From the IMG/VR virus record IMGVR_UViG_3300017917_003379: 64,000 bases of DNA; one strand, 5' to 3'. A program made the translations under genes and the position numbers. This document shows, one piece after another, positions 1-8,127 of this stretch. Below the pieces are notes generated by a model. That model did not search any database, was not told the origin of the DNA, and saw only the letters and a program-made list of their open reading frames with translations. Positions within the stretch are counted from its first letter, which is position 1, and each line of letters opens with the position of its first letter. The stretch is from a virus.

Positions 1-125
1 ACTATTATTCCAATGGTCAATTAATGTGGAAAGGTCATTTTAAGAATGGTGAACAAGAGGGGTATTGGGAAAAGCGTTATTCCAATGGTCAATTAGAATG
101 TAAATCATTTCATGCTAGAATGTAA
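1..125 (+). CDS. MORN-variant (YwqK-like) repeat protein, 5'-truncated by window
   Basis: Manual translation ...YYSNGQLMWKGHFKNGEQEGYWEKRYSNGQLECKSFHARM*; same 24-aa unit as neighbours. Confidence 0.8.
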   Translation, partial: YYSNGQLMWKGHFKNGEQEGYWEKRYSNGQLECKSFHARM

Positions 126-131
126 ACCTGA

Positions 132-380
132 ATGGATATGAATCAACGTAATGAACAAGGACAAAAACACGGTTATTGGGAAAACTATTATATCAATGGT
201 AAATTATCCTATAAAGGTCATTATAAGAATGGTAAACGGGATGGTTATTGGGAAGGGTATAATTACAATGGTCAATTATGGAGGAAAGGTCATTATAAGG
301 ATGATGAAAAAGATGGTTATTGGGAAGACTATTGGTCTGATGGTCAATTAAATTATAAAGGATTTTATGCAAAAATGTAA
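132..380 (+). CDS. MORN-variant repeat protein (3 units)
   Basis: GYWExYxxNGQLxxKGHYKDG 24-aa repeats. Confidence 0.85.
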   Translation: MDMNQRNEQGQKHGYWENYYINGKLSYKGHYKNGKRDGYWEGYNYNGQLWRKGHYKDDEKDGYWEDYWSDGQLNYKGFYAKM

Positions 381-386
381 ATCTGA

Positions 387-578
387 ATGGATATGAAACC
401 ACATCAAAAAGCAAAAGATATTGTTGATAAATTTTATATTTTTAACCATCTTGGAAATAAACATGCTATTAAATGTGCATCAATTGCTGTTGAAGAAATT
501 ATGAATGCATTAGAAGAAAATGGCTCATGGAATTATGATTATTGGAATGAAGTAAAACAAGAAATTGAAAAACTATAA
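387..578 (+). CDS. Hypothetical phage protein
   Basis: ORF track; same 5' junction (taaa-y-ctgaatggatatgaa) as the MORN gene at 132. Confidence 0.7.
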   Translation: MDMKPHQKAKDIVDKFYIFNHLGNKHAIKCASIAVEEIMNALEENGSWNYDYWNEVKQEIEKL

Positions 579-639
579 AGTAATACCTTTTAAAGAGGCA
601 AAATAATATTGTTATATTTAACGAAATAAAATAAACAAT

Positions 640-1332
640 ATGCCTAAAATTATAGAAAAACCACTTATTGTTAGTGGAGAACAATGCGGTAATTTTTTAG
701 CATATGGTGAAATAGAACCAGAACTTCTTGTAACACCAGAAACACCATACTTTACTCGTGTATTACCAGCTCCATTTTTTTATGAAAAACGATTGTTTTT
801 CTTTTTAATTAAACGATACGAACCCGGAGAAAAATCCACTTTCCCTAATGGTGGGTTTGAAGTAAGAGATGAAGGTGGAGCATTTAGGTCATATGATTTA
901 GATCAAGTAATTATTCATCCTCAAGTAATTAAACATAAAAAAACACTTGAAAAAATGGCTCGTCGAGCCGAAAAAGAACAAGTTAAACGTGAACGACAGC
1001 GTAAAAAAGTTGAACAACAATTTCAAAAATCAGAACAACCTAAAACAACAATAAGTACAGGAAAACGAGGCCGTCCACCACTTGATCCTGTAATTAAAGC
1101 AGCACGTGAAGCAGAAAAAGTATCTAAAGCCATTGTCTCTAAAGGGCACCGTGGGCGACCAAAAGGTACAGGTACACCTAAACCACCTAAACCAACAGTT
1201 GATCCTAATCAACCTAAACGTAGAAGAGGTCGCCCTGCCTTGTCTCCAGAAGCAAGAGAAATGAAAGCCCAAGCTAAAATTGCAGTTTATTCTCGATCAA
1301 AGGGGTTAAGGGGAAGGCCTAAACGTAAGTAA
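640..1332 (+). CDS. AT-hook-containing basic protein
   Basis: Four RGRP cores (KRGRPP, HRGRPK, RRGRPA, LRGRPKRK) in a Lys/Arg-rich C-terminal half. Confidence 0.7.
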   Translation: MPKIIEKPLIVSGEQCGNFLAYGEIEPELLVTPETPYFTRVLPAPFFYEKRLFFFLIKRYEPGEKSTFPNGGFEVRDEGGAFRSYDLDQVIIHPQVIKHKKTLEKMARRAEKEQVKRERQRKKVEQQFQKSEQPKTTISTGKRGRPPLDPVIKAAREAEKVSKAIVSKGHRGRPKGTGTPKPPKPTVDPNQPKRRRGRPALSPEAREMKAQAKIAVYSRSKGLRGRPKRK

Positions 1333-1374
1333 AAGGCAAAACTTTTTACGTAAATTTATTTTAAATAAATAACT

Positions 1375-1545
1375 ATGAAAACAAATACAATTATTAAAGG
1401 AACCTATGCATTCTATATGGGATTCGCATTATCTCTATTTTTTGATGCTGGTTTAACTGACTGGCGCTGGTGGGCAATTGCGATACCAAGTATGCTTGTT
1501 ATGGAGTTATTAACTTCAAAGAATGAAGAAAATGAATCAATATAA
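1375..1545 (+). CDS. Small membrane protein (56 aa, not in ORF track)
   Basis: MKTNTIIKGTYAFYMGFALSLFFDAGLTDWRWWAIAIPSMLVMELL...; directly behind promoter copy at 1335. Confidence 0.6.
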   Translation: MKTNTIIKGTYAFYMGFALSLFFDAGLTDWRWWAIAIPSMLVMELLTSKNEENESI

Positions 1546-1846
1546 TGAAAAAGGAAACAGGGAAGGTTATTGGGAAGGATATTATTCCGATGATCAATTA
1601 AGTTGGAAGGGCCATTATAAGGATGGAGTAAAAGAGGGTTATTGGCAAAACTATTATACCAATGGTCAATTATCATGTAAAGGTCATTATAAGGATGGCG
1701 AATATGAAGGTTATTGGGAAATGTATTATATCAATGGTCAATTAATGTATAAAGGTCATTATAAGAATGGTAAACCAGATGGTTATTGGGAAGGGTATTA
1801 TGAGAATGGTCAATTATGTTATAAATCATTTTATGCCAGAATGTAA
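1523..1846 (+). CDS. MORN-variant repeat protein (4 units; likely start 1532)
   Basis: 24-aa repeats; MNQYNEKG N-cap, FYARM C-cap. Confidence 0.85.
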   Translation: MKKMNQYNEKGNREGYWEGYYSDDQLSWKGHYKDGVKEGYWQNYYTNGQLSCKGHYKDGEYEGYWEMYYINGQLMYKGHYKNGKPDGYWEGYYENGQLCYKSFYARM

Positions 1847-1889
1847 AAAGGCAAAATTCTTATCTTATATTTATATAAAATAAAAAAAT

Positions 1890-2141
1890 ATGACAATCGC
1901 ACAACAACTCAAGATTAAAGAATTTCCTTTCGAGATTAATGATTCGCAAGGAAAATGTATCTATTACGAAAATTCCAGTGGGAATTGGTTTAAGCAGGAA
2001 TACGACGCGCAGGGCAACCAAATCTACTATGAAAATTCAGGGGGCACGATCATCGACAATCGCGCCAAAACCGAGTTCACAATGGACGAGATCGCAGCCA
2101 AGTTTGGCATTCCAGTTTCACAACTTAAAATCAAAAAATAG
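1890..2141 (+). CDS. 21-aa beta-repeat protein, MTIAQQL family (shortest member)
   Basis: IYYENSxGxWxKxEYDAQGNx unit between constant MTIAQQLKIKEFPFEI and MDEIAAKFGIPVSQLKIKK caps. Confidence 0.8.
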   Translation: MTIAQQLKIKEFPFEINDSQGKCIYYENSSGNWFKQEYDAQGNQIYYENSGGTIIDNRAKTEFTMDEIAAKFGIPVSQLKIKK

Positions 2142-2200
2142 GCAAAATTCTTATCTTATATTTATATAAATAAATAGTTAAACATTAAAAACAAAACAAA

Positions 2201-2428
2201 ATGACAAAGACAATTGTACTTGAACCTTCAACTAACACACACGCACTGACTGGTGTAACTGAAGTAGCTAACATTACTAGCTCAATTCTTAAAGTGAAAA
2301 CATCAGGCCCTTCTAAAGTGTTTCATGGTGAACATCACACTATTGGAATTGAAAGTGAAAATATAATCAAATATGTCCAGCAGGAACTAAACCCAGTAAC
2401 AGGTAAGCTTCAGAATGCTTGGGACTAA
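2201..2428 (+). CDS. Small His-containing protein, partner type of DUF6745 proteins
   Basis: THAL...HGEHHTI...QQELNP...AWD pattern; family recognised from memory. Confidence 0.5.
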   Translation: MTKTIVLEPSTNTHALTGVTEVANITSSILKVKTSGPSKVFHGEHHTIGIESENIIKYVQQELNPVTGKLQNAWD

Positions 2429-2445
2429 TTTAGATGAAAAAAAAG

Positions 2446-2477
2446 TGGGTGCTTAAAGGAGCACCCATTATTTTTTT
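2446..2477 (+). terminator. Intrinsic terminator
   Basis: tgggtgct-taaagg-agcaccca followed by T tract. Confidence 0.7.
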
Positions 2478-2497
2478 AATTTATAGTGTTATAATGT

Positions 2498-2740
2498 ATG
2501 AATCAATATAATGAAAAAGGGAATAGGGAAGGTTATTGGGAAGGGTATTGGTACAACGGTCAATTACGGGGGAAAGGTCATTATAAGGATGGTAAACATG
2601 AAGGTTATTGGGAATACTATTATTCCAATGGTCAATTAATACGGAAAGGTCATTATAAGGATGGAGCACCAGATGGTTATTGGGAAGAGTATCATTTAAA
2701 TGGTCAATTATGGTATAAAGAATTTTATGCAAGAATGTAA
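2498..2740 (+). CDS. MORN-variant repeat protein (3 units)
   Basis: 24-aa repeats. Confidence 0.85.
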   Translation: MNQYNEKGNREGYWEGYWYNGQLRGKGHYKDGKHEGYWEYYYSNGQLIRKGHYKDGAPDGYWEEYHLNGQLWYKEFYARM

Positions 2741-2798
2741 AAAGGCAAAATTCTTATCTTATATTTATATAAAATAAAAACAGTAAAATTAAAACAAA

Positions 2799-3548
2799 AT
2801 GAAAATTTACATCACAACATTTAATGAAGTTTATTTTGACACTGAACAAAATTCTATGGTTGGTTGTTCCAATTCTGAATTTCTTCGTTACCTAAAAGGT
2901 ATTCACACAAATCGTGAACGATTTATTAATCGTTATGTAAATGTGTTGCTTGAAAAACTTGAAAGTTTGAAAGAACATAGTATGGAAGATTATGATTGTA
3001 TTAAAAAGTTTATTGACTTTTTGGTTGATAACTACAACGATGCTGTTTCTTTTTCATTTAAAGAATCTTTTGAACTAAATGAAAAACGAGAATTTCAAGC
3101 ACTAGTGTTTTCATCAATCAATATCGGTGAAATGATGCAAGAATTGGGTGCTACTCGTTATAAAACAGATGGTATCGAAGTTAAACACCGTCGATATGAT
3201 GATGATGGAAATGTTACTAATGAAGAAATGTACCACAATGTTTATGAAGTGTGGGAAGTGAATGGTGAAAAATTGGGAATTAATGAAAATCTTTACACAG
3301 TTAAATGCTGGTGTACTTCGACCAATAAAGAACATTGGTTGTGGATTGAAGATCAATACAAAGAAGATCCACTTGAAGCTATTGCATCTACTTTCCGAGT
3401 GCATGAAAATATCATTCCTCATATCAAATGTTTGAAGCGACATGGTGATATTCTTTTAGCTGAAATGAATGAAGATGTCACACCAGAAGGTAATATTGTT
3501 CCATTTACTAAGGAACTATATTTCAAACTATTAGTTGCTCAAAGTTGA
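2799..3548 (+). CDS. DUF6745-like protein
   Basis: C-terminal VKCWCTSTNKEHWLWI...LEAIASTF motif. Confidence 0.5.
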   Translation: MKIYITTFNEVYFDTEQNSMVGCSNSEFLRYLKGIHTNRERFINRYVNVLLEKLESLKEHSMEDYDCIKKFIDFLVDNYNDAVSFSFKESFELNEKREFQALVFSSINIGEMMQELGATRYKTDGIEVKHRRYDDDGNVTNEEMYHNVYEVWEVNGEKLGINENLYTVKCWCTSTNKEHWLWIEDQYKEDPLEAIASTFRVHENIIPHIKCLKRHGDILLAEMNEDVTPEGNIVPFTKELYFKLLVAQS

Positions 3549-3567
3549 TGTTGTGATAATAAATGTA

Positions 3568-3603
3568 AAAAGCCCCTGATCGTTTAGAAAAGGGGCTTTT
3601 TTT
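3568..3603 (+). terminator. Intrinsic terminator
   Basis: aaaagcccct/aggggctttt stem plus T tract. Confidence 0.7.
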
Positions 3604-3647
3604 ATTTGTCAAAACAACTATAATATATTTATTAAAATTAATAAAAA

Positions 3648-3890
3648 ATGAATCAATATAACAAAAAAGGAAATCAAGAAGGTTATTGGGAACAATATTG
3701 GTTTAATGGTCGATTACGATGTAAAGGTCATTATAAGGATGGCAAAGCTGATGGTTACTGGGAAGACTATTATTCCAATGGTCAATTAATATGGAAAGGT
3801 CATTATAACGATGGGGCACCAGATGGATATTGGGAAGTGTATTATGAGAATGGTCAATTAGAATTGAAAGAATTTTACGCAAAAATGTAA
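3648..3890 (+). CDS. MORN-variant repeat protein (3 units)
   Basis: 24-aa repeats. Confidence 0.85.
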   Translation: MNQYNKKGNQEGYWEQYWFNGRLRCKGHYKDGKADGYWEDYYSNGQLIWKGHYNDGAPDGYWEVYYENGQLELKEFYAKM

Positions 3891-3901
3891 ATTAGATTTA
3901 T

Positions 3902-4144
3902 ATGAATCAACGTAATGAGAAAGAAAATAGAGAAGGCTATTGGGAAGAGTATTACAACAATGGTCAATTAGATTATAAAGGGCATTATAAGGATGGTGTG
4001 CTAGATGGTTATTGGGAAAGATATTATTACAATGGTCAATTATGGCGGAAAGGTCATTATAAGGATGGCAAACGGGAAGGTTATTGGGAATTCTTTTATG
4101 ACAATGGTCAATTATACTATAAAGAATTTTTAGCAAGAATGTAA
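3902..4144 (+). CDS. MORN-variant repeat protein (3 units)
   Basis: 24-aa repeats. Confidence 0.85.
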   Translation: MNQRNEKENREGYWEEYYNNGQLDYKGHYKDGVLDGYWERYYYNGQLWRKGHYKDGKREGYWEFFYDNGQLYYKEFLARM

Positions 4145-4150
4145 ACCTGA

Positions 4151-4327
4151 ATGTATATGAATCAACGTAATGAACAGGGACAAAAACATGGCTATTGGGA
4201 AGGGTATTATTCCGATGGCCAATTAAATTGGAAAGATCATTTTAAAGATGACAAAAAAGAGGGTTATTGGGAATCATATTTTTTCGATGGTCAATTACAG
4301 TATAAAGAATTTTATGCAAGGATATAA
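4151..4327 (+). CDS. MORN-variant repeat protein (2 units, 58 aa, not in ORF track)
   Basis: MYMNQRNEQGQKHGYWEGYYSDGQLNWKDHFKDDKKEGYWESYFFDGQLQYKEFYARI*. Confidence 0.8.
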   Translation: MYMNQRNEQGQKHGYWEGYYSDGQLNWKDHFKDDKKEGYWESYFFDGQLQYKEFYARI

Positions 4328-4373
4328 AAAGGCAAAATTCTTATCTTATATTTATACAAATAAAATAAAAAAT

Positions 4374-4751
4374 ATGACAATCGCACAACAACTCAAGATT
4401 AAAGAATTTCCGTTCGAGATTAGGGATTCACATGGAAACTATATCTATTACGAAAATTCCAGGGGGAATTGGTTTAAGCATGAATACGACGCACAGGGCA
4501 ACCAAATCTACTACGAAACTTCCACTGGGTATTGGCACAAGGTTGAATACGATGCCGACGGCAGAAACATCTACTTCGAAAATTCAGCGGGGCATTGGTC
4601 CAAGCGAGAATACGATGCTCAAGGTAAAGAAATCTACTACGAAAACTCACGCGGTGAGGTCATCGACAAACGACCCAAAATCGAAATTACTATGGATGAA
4701 ATTGCAGCCAAGTTTGGCATTCCCGTTGAACAACTTAAAATCAAAAAATAG
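4374..4751 (+). CDS. 21-aa beta-repeat protein, MTIAQQL family
   Basis: True start is MTIAQQL at 4374 behind promoter 4331; the track start at 4248 overlaps the MORN gene. Confidence 0.8.
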   Translation: MTIAQQLKIKEFPFEIRDSHGNYIYYENSRGNWFKHEYDAQGNQIYYETSTGYWHKVEYDADGRNIYFENSAGHWSKREYDAQGKEIYYENSRGEVIDKRPKIEITMDEIAAKFGIPVEQLKIKK

Positions 4752-4811
4752 GCAAAACAAACAAACTATCTTTATACAAATATCGACTGAAATTTTGAAA
4801 ATTTTAAAAGC

Positions 4812-5246
4812 ATGAAAAACATACTAGCAACAGCACTGCTCCTGATCGGACTACAAGCATTTGGACAGCAAATCACCCTCAAAGACGTGTTCGCCATTTA
4901 TGACTTGAGAGGCGACTCTATGGCAATTCTGAAGATAGTGAAAGATAGCGGGTTCGTTTTTGTTGGGCAGCCGTATGAGGAGAACCACGATTGCTTTATT
5001 CACAAAAGTGCGGAAACGATGGTTGCCATGCAATGGGGAAAGAGGGTGGTTTATAACTTCAAGTCGCTTAGCCTATACCAATCATACGAAATCGGCCTAG
5101 CCCAAATGGGATACACCAATACCGGCCAATTATTAATTGAAAAAGATATGGTGTATCAGTACAAAAACGGCAATAGAGAAGCCTACTTAGTTAAGTTCAA
5201 CTTGGGTGATCCTAAACAATCCTATGGGATTAGTTTGGCTGACTAG
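4812..5246 (+). CDS. Secreted/periplasmic protein
   Basis: Signal peptide MKNILATALLLIGLQAFG|QQ; visibly higher GC than flanks. Confidence 0.7.
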   Translation: MKNILATALLLIGLQAFGQQITLKDVFAIYDLRGDSMAILKIVKDSGFVFVGQPYEENHDCFIHKSAETMVAMQWGKRVVYNFKSLSLYQSYEIGLAQMGYTNTGQLLIEKDMVYQYKNGNREAYLVKFNLGDPKQSYGISLAD

Positions 5247-5325
5247 AACTATAAATTGAAAAGTATAAACCAAAAAAAAAAATAGGCAAAATAATTGTAT
5301 TATCTTTATACAAAGAAAATTAAAA

Positions 5326-5541
5326 ATGTTACATAAAGAAATTGAAAAAAACAACCGCAAGGTTCAAGTTTATCGTCAAAAAAGTCCGATACGAAATGGA
5401 TATGAGTATTTTTTACAAGTCCTCACAAAAGGTATGTTTGGCGATTGGGTTGTAAATGCTAATTACAAACAAAAGACTGAAATAAATTCTGAACAAGTTG
5501 CAGTAAGAATGGCTAATGAATTTTTAGAGGATACCATTTAG
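5326..5541 (+). CDS. Hypothetical early protein
   Basis: ORF behind promoter 5285. Confidence 0.7.
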   Translation: MLHKEIEKNNRKVQVYRQKSPIRNGYEYFLQVLTKGMFGDWVVNANYKQKTEINSEQVAVRMANEFLEDTI

Positions 5542-5962
5542 GGTTTCCGCTAACTCACCACCTCACAACCCGCACCCGGCGGAACCGGGTAGTAAAATAC
5601 AATAAATAAAATGAAATAAACACAAAATACTAAGGTCAACGAAGTATATTGGATGGTAAGTATATGCGTTTTTTGCGGGTTTTTTGTGGTTTTTAATGGG
5701 TTTTTTATGTGTGGGTGAGTGAGACGAAGGGTGTAGAACAAAAATAAAGGGTGGAAACAAGAATTTTTTGTATTGGGGGAGGATGAAGGAGGTACATATA
5801 GTATGTGGAACGGGGGGTATATGTTGGATGTGTTTTTGTGTGATAGGGGTAGAAAAGTTACAGTGGCTACATCCTCTCTACTAAGGAAAAAAGTATATAC
5901 TAGGGACTACACAAAATAGGCAAAGTTTTTTTATTATTTTTATACAAATGAAATAAAAAGTT

Positions 5963-6250
5963 ATGAATTCAAGAATGAACGAAGATGATTTTTTGCTGGA
6001 GATGTATTCAAAAGCAACAGGTTATGAAGTACAAGACCTTGATATTAATGAAGTACAAAATGCTTTTTTTGGTACAGCATATAGTGAAGAAGAATTTGTA
6101 GAACAACTAATGGAAGAACAAGGAGTACTAGATAAAATCCCAAACAATATTGTTATTGATTGGAAAAGAACATGGGAAGAGAATTTTAGCCACGACTATT
6201 GGACTGCAGAAGCAGAAGATGGTACCATTTATTTCTTTCTTACAAATTAA
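5963..6250 (+). CDS. ArdA-like antirestriction (DNA mimic) protein, C-terminal-domain type
   Basis: Very acidic; AFFGTAYSEEEFVEQLMEE...IDWKRTWEENFSHDYW...IYFF resembles the ArdA C-terminal pattern. Confidence 0.6.
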   Translation: MNSRMNEDDFLLEMYSKATGYEVQDLDINEVQNAFFGTAYSEEEFVEQLMEEQGVLDKIPNNIVIDWKRTWEENFSHDYWTAEAEDGTIYFFLTN

Positions 6251-6302
6251 AAAATAGGCAAAATTTTTTTATTATTTTTATAGTAAGAAAATAAAAAAAG
6301 AT

Positions 6303-6743
6303 ATGACAATTGCACAACAACTCAAGATCAAGGAATTTCCGTTTGAGATTAGAGATTCGCAAGGAAAATGTATCTATTCAGAAGAAGCCAACGGGCTTTG
6401 GAATAAATGGAATTACGATACTCAAGGTAACATCATTCGTTACGAAACATCAACCGGGCATTGGGAAAAGTGGGAATACAACACTAACAGAATCGAGACT
6501 CGTTACGAAAACTCCGACGGGTTTTGGGAAAAGCGGGAATACGATGCCAACGGATACATCATTCGTTACGAAAACTCTGATAGATATTGGTCAAAGTGTA
6601 AATACGACACACAGGGCAATATAATCTACTACGAAAACTCACACGGTAGGGTCATCGACAAACGGCCCAAAACCGAAATTAGTATGGACGAAATTGCACA
6701 GAAATTTGGCATTCCAGTTTCACAACTAAAGATTAAAAAATAG
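6303..6743 (+). CDS. 21-aa beta-repeat protein, MTIAQQL family (longest member)
   Basis: Four full units plus constant caps. Confidence 0.8.
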   Translation: MTIAQQLKIKEFPFEIRDSQGKCIYSEEANGLWNKWNYDTQGNIIRYETSTGHWEKWEYNTNRIETRYENSDGFWEKREYDANGYIIRYENSDRYWSKCKYDTQGNIIYYENSHGRVIDKRPKTEISMDEIAQKFGIPVSQLKIKK

Positions 6744-6834
6744 GCAAAGCTTTTTTATTATTTTTATAGTAAGAAAATTAAAAAAAATTTGATAGGTCAA
6801 AATTAAAATTGTATATTTAATATATCAAACAAAT

Positions 6835-6920
6835 AGTCGAGTGGCGAAATTGGTAGACGCGACAGACTTAAAATCTGTTGAGCCGAAAGGCTCGTGTGGG
6901 TTCGATTCCCATCTTGACTA
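6835..6920 (+). tRNA. tRNA-Leu(UAA)
   Basis: Acceptor AGTCGAG/CTTGACT, A73, D arm GGCGAAATTGGTAGACGC, anticodon arm ACAGA-CTTAAAA-TCTGT, long variable arm, GGTTCGATTCC; CCA not encoded. Confidence 0.92.
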
Positions 6921-6979
6921 CGAGTGAGACTGTTACTAATTCATAGAACTATAGAGTGATTGCGTAGAATTAGAATTTT

Positions 6980-7100
6980 AGTCAGGTAATGTGTAATGTG
7001 AAAATGGCATCACATCCCAAAGACACCACGGTCCATAACCAATTGGACGCGAGACGTTATAAGGGTTACATTGTTACAGGTTCGAGTCCTGTCCTGACTA
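6980..7100 (+). ncRNA. tRNA-like RNA without canonical anticodon arm (121 nt)
   Basis: Perfect acceptor AGTCAGG/CCTGACT+A and T arm ACAGG-TTCGAGT-CCTGT; interior ATGTGA/TCACAT and GTCCA/TGGAC hairpins. Confidence 0.6.
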
Positions 7101-7112
7101 CATTAAAGTTCT

Positions 7113-7279
7113 TTGACCACTTGCTTGAAGATAGACAGTAAGCAGCAATGCTCCTATAGCCGATACGAGAAATATAGGGCTTACAAACTATGCCAGTAGT
7201 TGTTGTCTATTGTAAAGATACAGTGAGTTGCGCATTAAGAGTTGCGGCTGTATTCCTCTGGTAAAGGACAAGTGGTCAA
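7113..7279 (+). ncRNA. Multi-branched structured RNA, unknown class
   Basis: Closing 11-bp stem TTGACCACTTG/CAAGTGGTCAA enclosing about 7 nested helices; no ORF. Confidence 0.55.
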
Positions 7280-7516
7280 TGTTTTTATCTTGATTACTTC
7301 AAACCATTTCACGTTGAAGAGACGTGGGGTAGTTTTCTTTTTGTCGTGGAGAGAGAAAAATAATAAGTAGCCTACCTCTGATCCCTCCACCTATTCTATA
7401 AGGCGCCCGTCCAAATCGACAATATAAATTTAAAAAGTTTATTTTGCCGAATAAAATTTTATTTATTTTTTAGTCAAAATATGATTTGTATATTTATACA
7501 AATAAAATAAAAAGTT

Positions 7517-7708
7517 ATGAATGTTTATCAAGACACTGCTGATCGACTATTGGGTATTTGTGATGATTGGACAATAAAAAACATAAAAGAACATCTGTTG
7601 TGGTTAATTGATAATCCAGAAGAAATAGCAGATGGATATAATAAATCTGTTTTTAAAGAAAGTAATGTGGATAAAATTATGAAATATGTTAAAGTTTTAA
7701 AAAAATAG
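7517..7708 (+). CDS. Hypothetical early protein
   Basis: ORF behind promoter 7473. Confidence 0.7.
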   Translation: MNVYQDTADRLLGICDDWTIKNIKEHLLWLIDNPEEIADGYNKSVFKESNVDKIMKYVKVLKK

Positions 7709-7746
7709 GCAAAACATATTTCGTATATTTATACAAATAAAAAGTT

Positions 7747-8127
7747 ATGACAATAGCACAACAATTAGGTATTAAAAAATTTCCATTTGAAATTAAGAAT
7801 TCTCGTAATCAACGTATCTATTTGGAAGATGGAAAAGGGTTTTGGTTAAGACGAGAATTTGACGTTCAGGGTAACGAAATTTATTATGAAGACTCAAATG
7901 AATGTTGGGCAAAGATAGAACACGATGCTCGAGGTAATGAAATCCGTTATGAAGACTCAAACAAGTATTGGGCCAAGTGGGAATACGATGCTCAAGACAA
8001 TCGAATTTACTTTGAAGACTCATTGGGTATTATTGAGGATAAACGACCACCCAAAACCGAAATTAGTATGGATGAAATTGCAGCCAAGTTTGGTATTCCA
8101 GTTTCACAATTGAAAATCAAAAAATAG
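7747..8127 (+). CDS. 21-aa beta-repeat protein, MTIAQQL family
   Basis: Three full units plus constant caps. Confidence 0.8.
   Translation: MTIAQQLGIKKFPFEIKNSRNQRIYLEDGKGFWLRREFDVQGNEIYYEDSNECWAKIEHDARGNEIRYEDSNKYWAKWEYDAQDNRIYFEDSLGIIEDKRPPKTEISMDEIAAKFGIPVSQLKIKK

Noticed and set aside
4248-4373. N-terminal extension of ORF 4248..4751
   Set aside because: Overlaps the MORN gene 4151-4327 and a promoter; paralogues start at MTIAQQL (4374)
5550-5760. Minus-strand ORFs in the 5.5-5.9 kb island
   Set aside because: Low-complexity translations of T/G tracts; treated as non-coding
6921-6979. tRNA-associated theta/HDV-like ribozyme after tRNA-Leu
   Set aside because: Only a simple CTAATTC/GAATTAG stem; no nested double-pseudoknot pattern recognisable
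6980-7100. tmRNA
   Set aside because: Acceptor lacks the Ala G3-U70 identity, is far too short and has no tag ORF
1-8127. Diversity-generating retroelement behind the repeat-protein variability
   Set aside because: No reverse transcriptase or non-coding template repeat in this window, and variable codons change at all three positions, so A-specific mutagenesis cannot be shown; remains testable on the full genome
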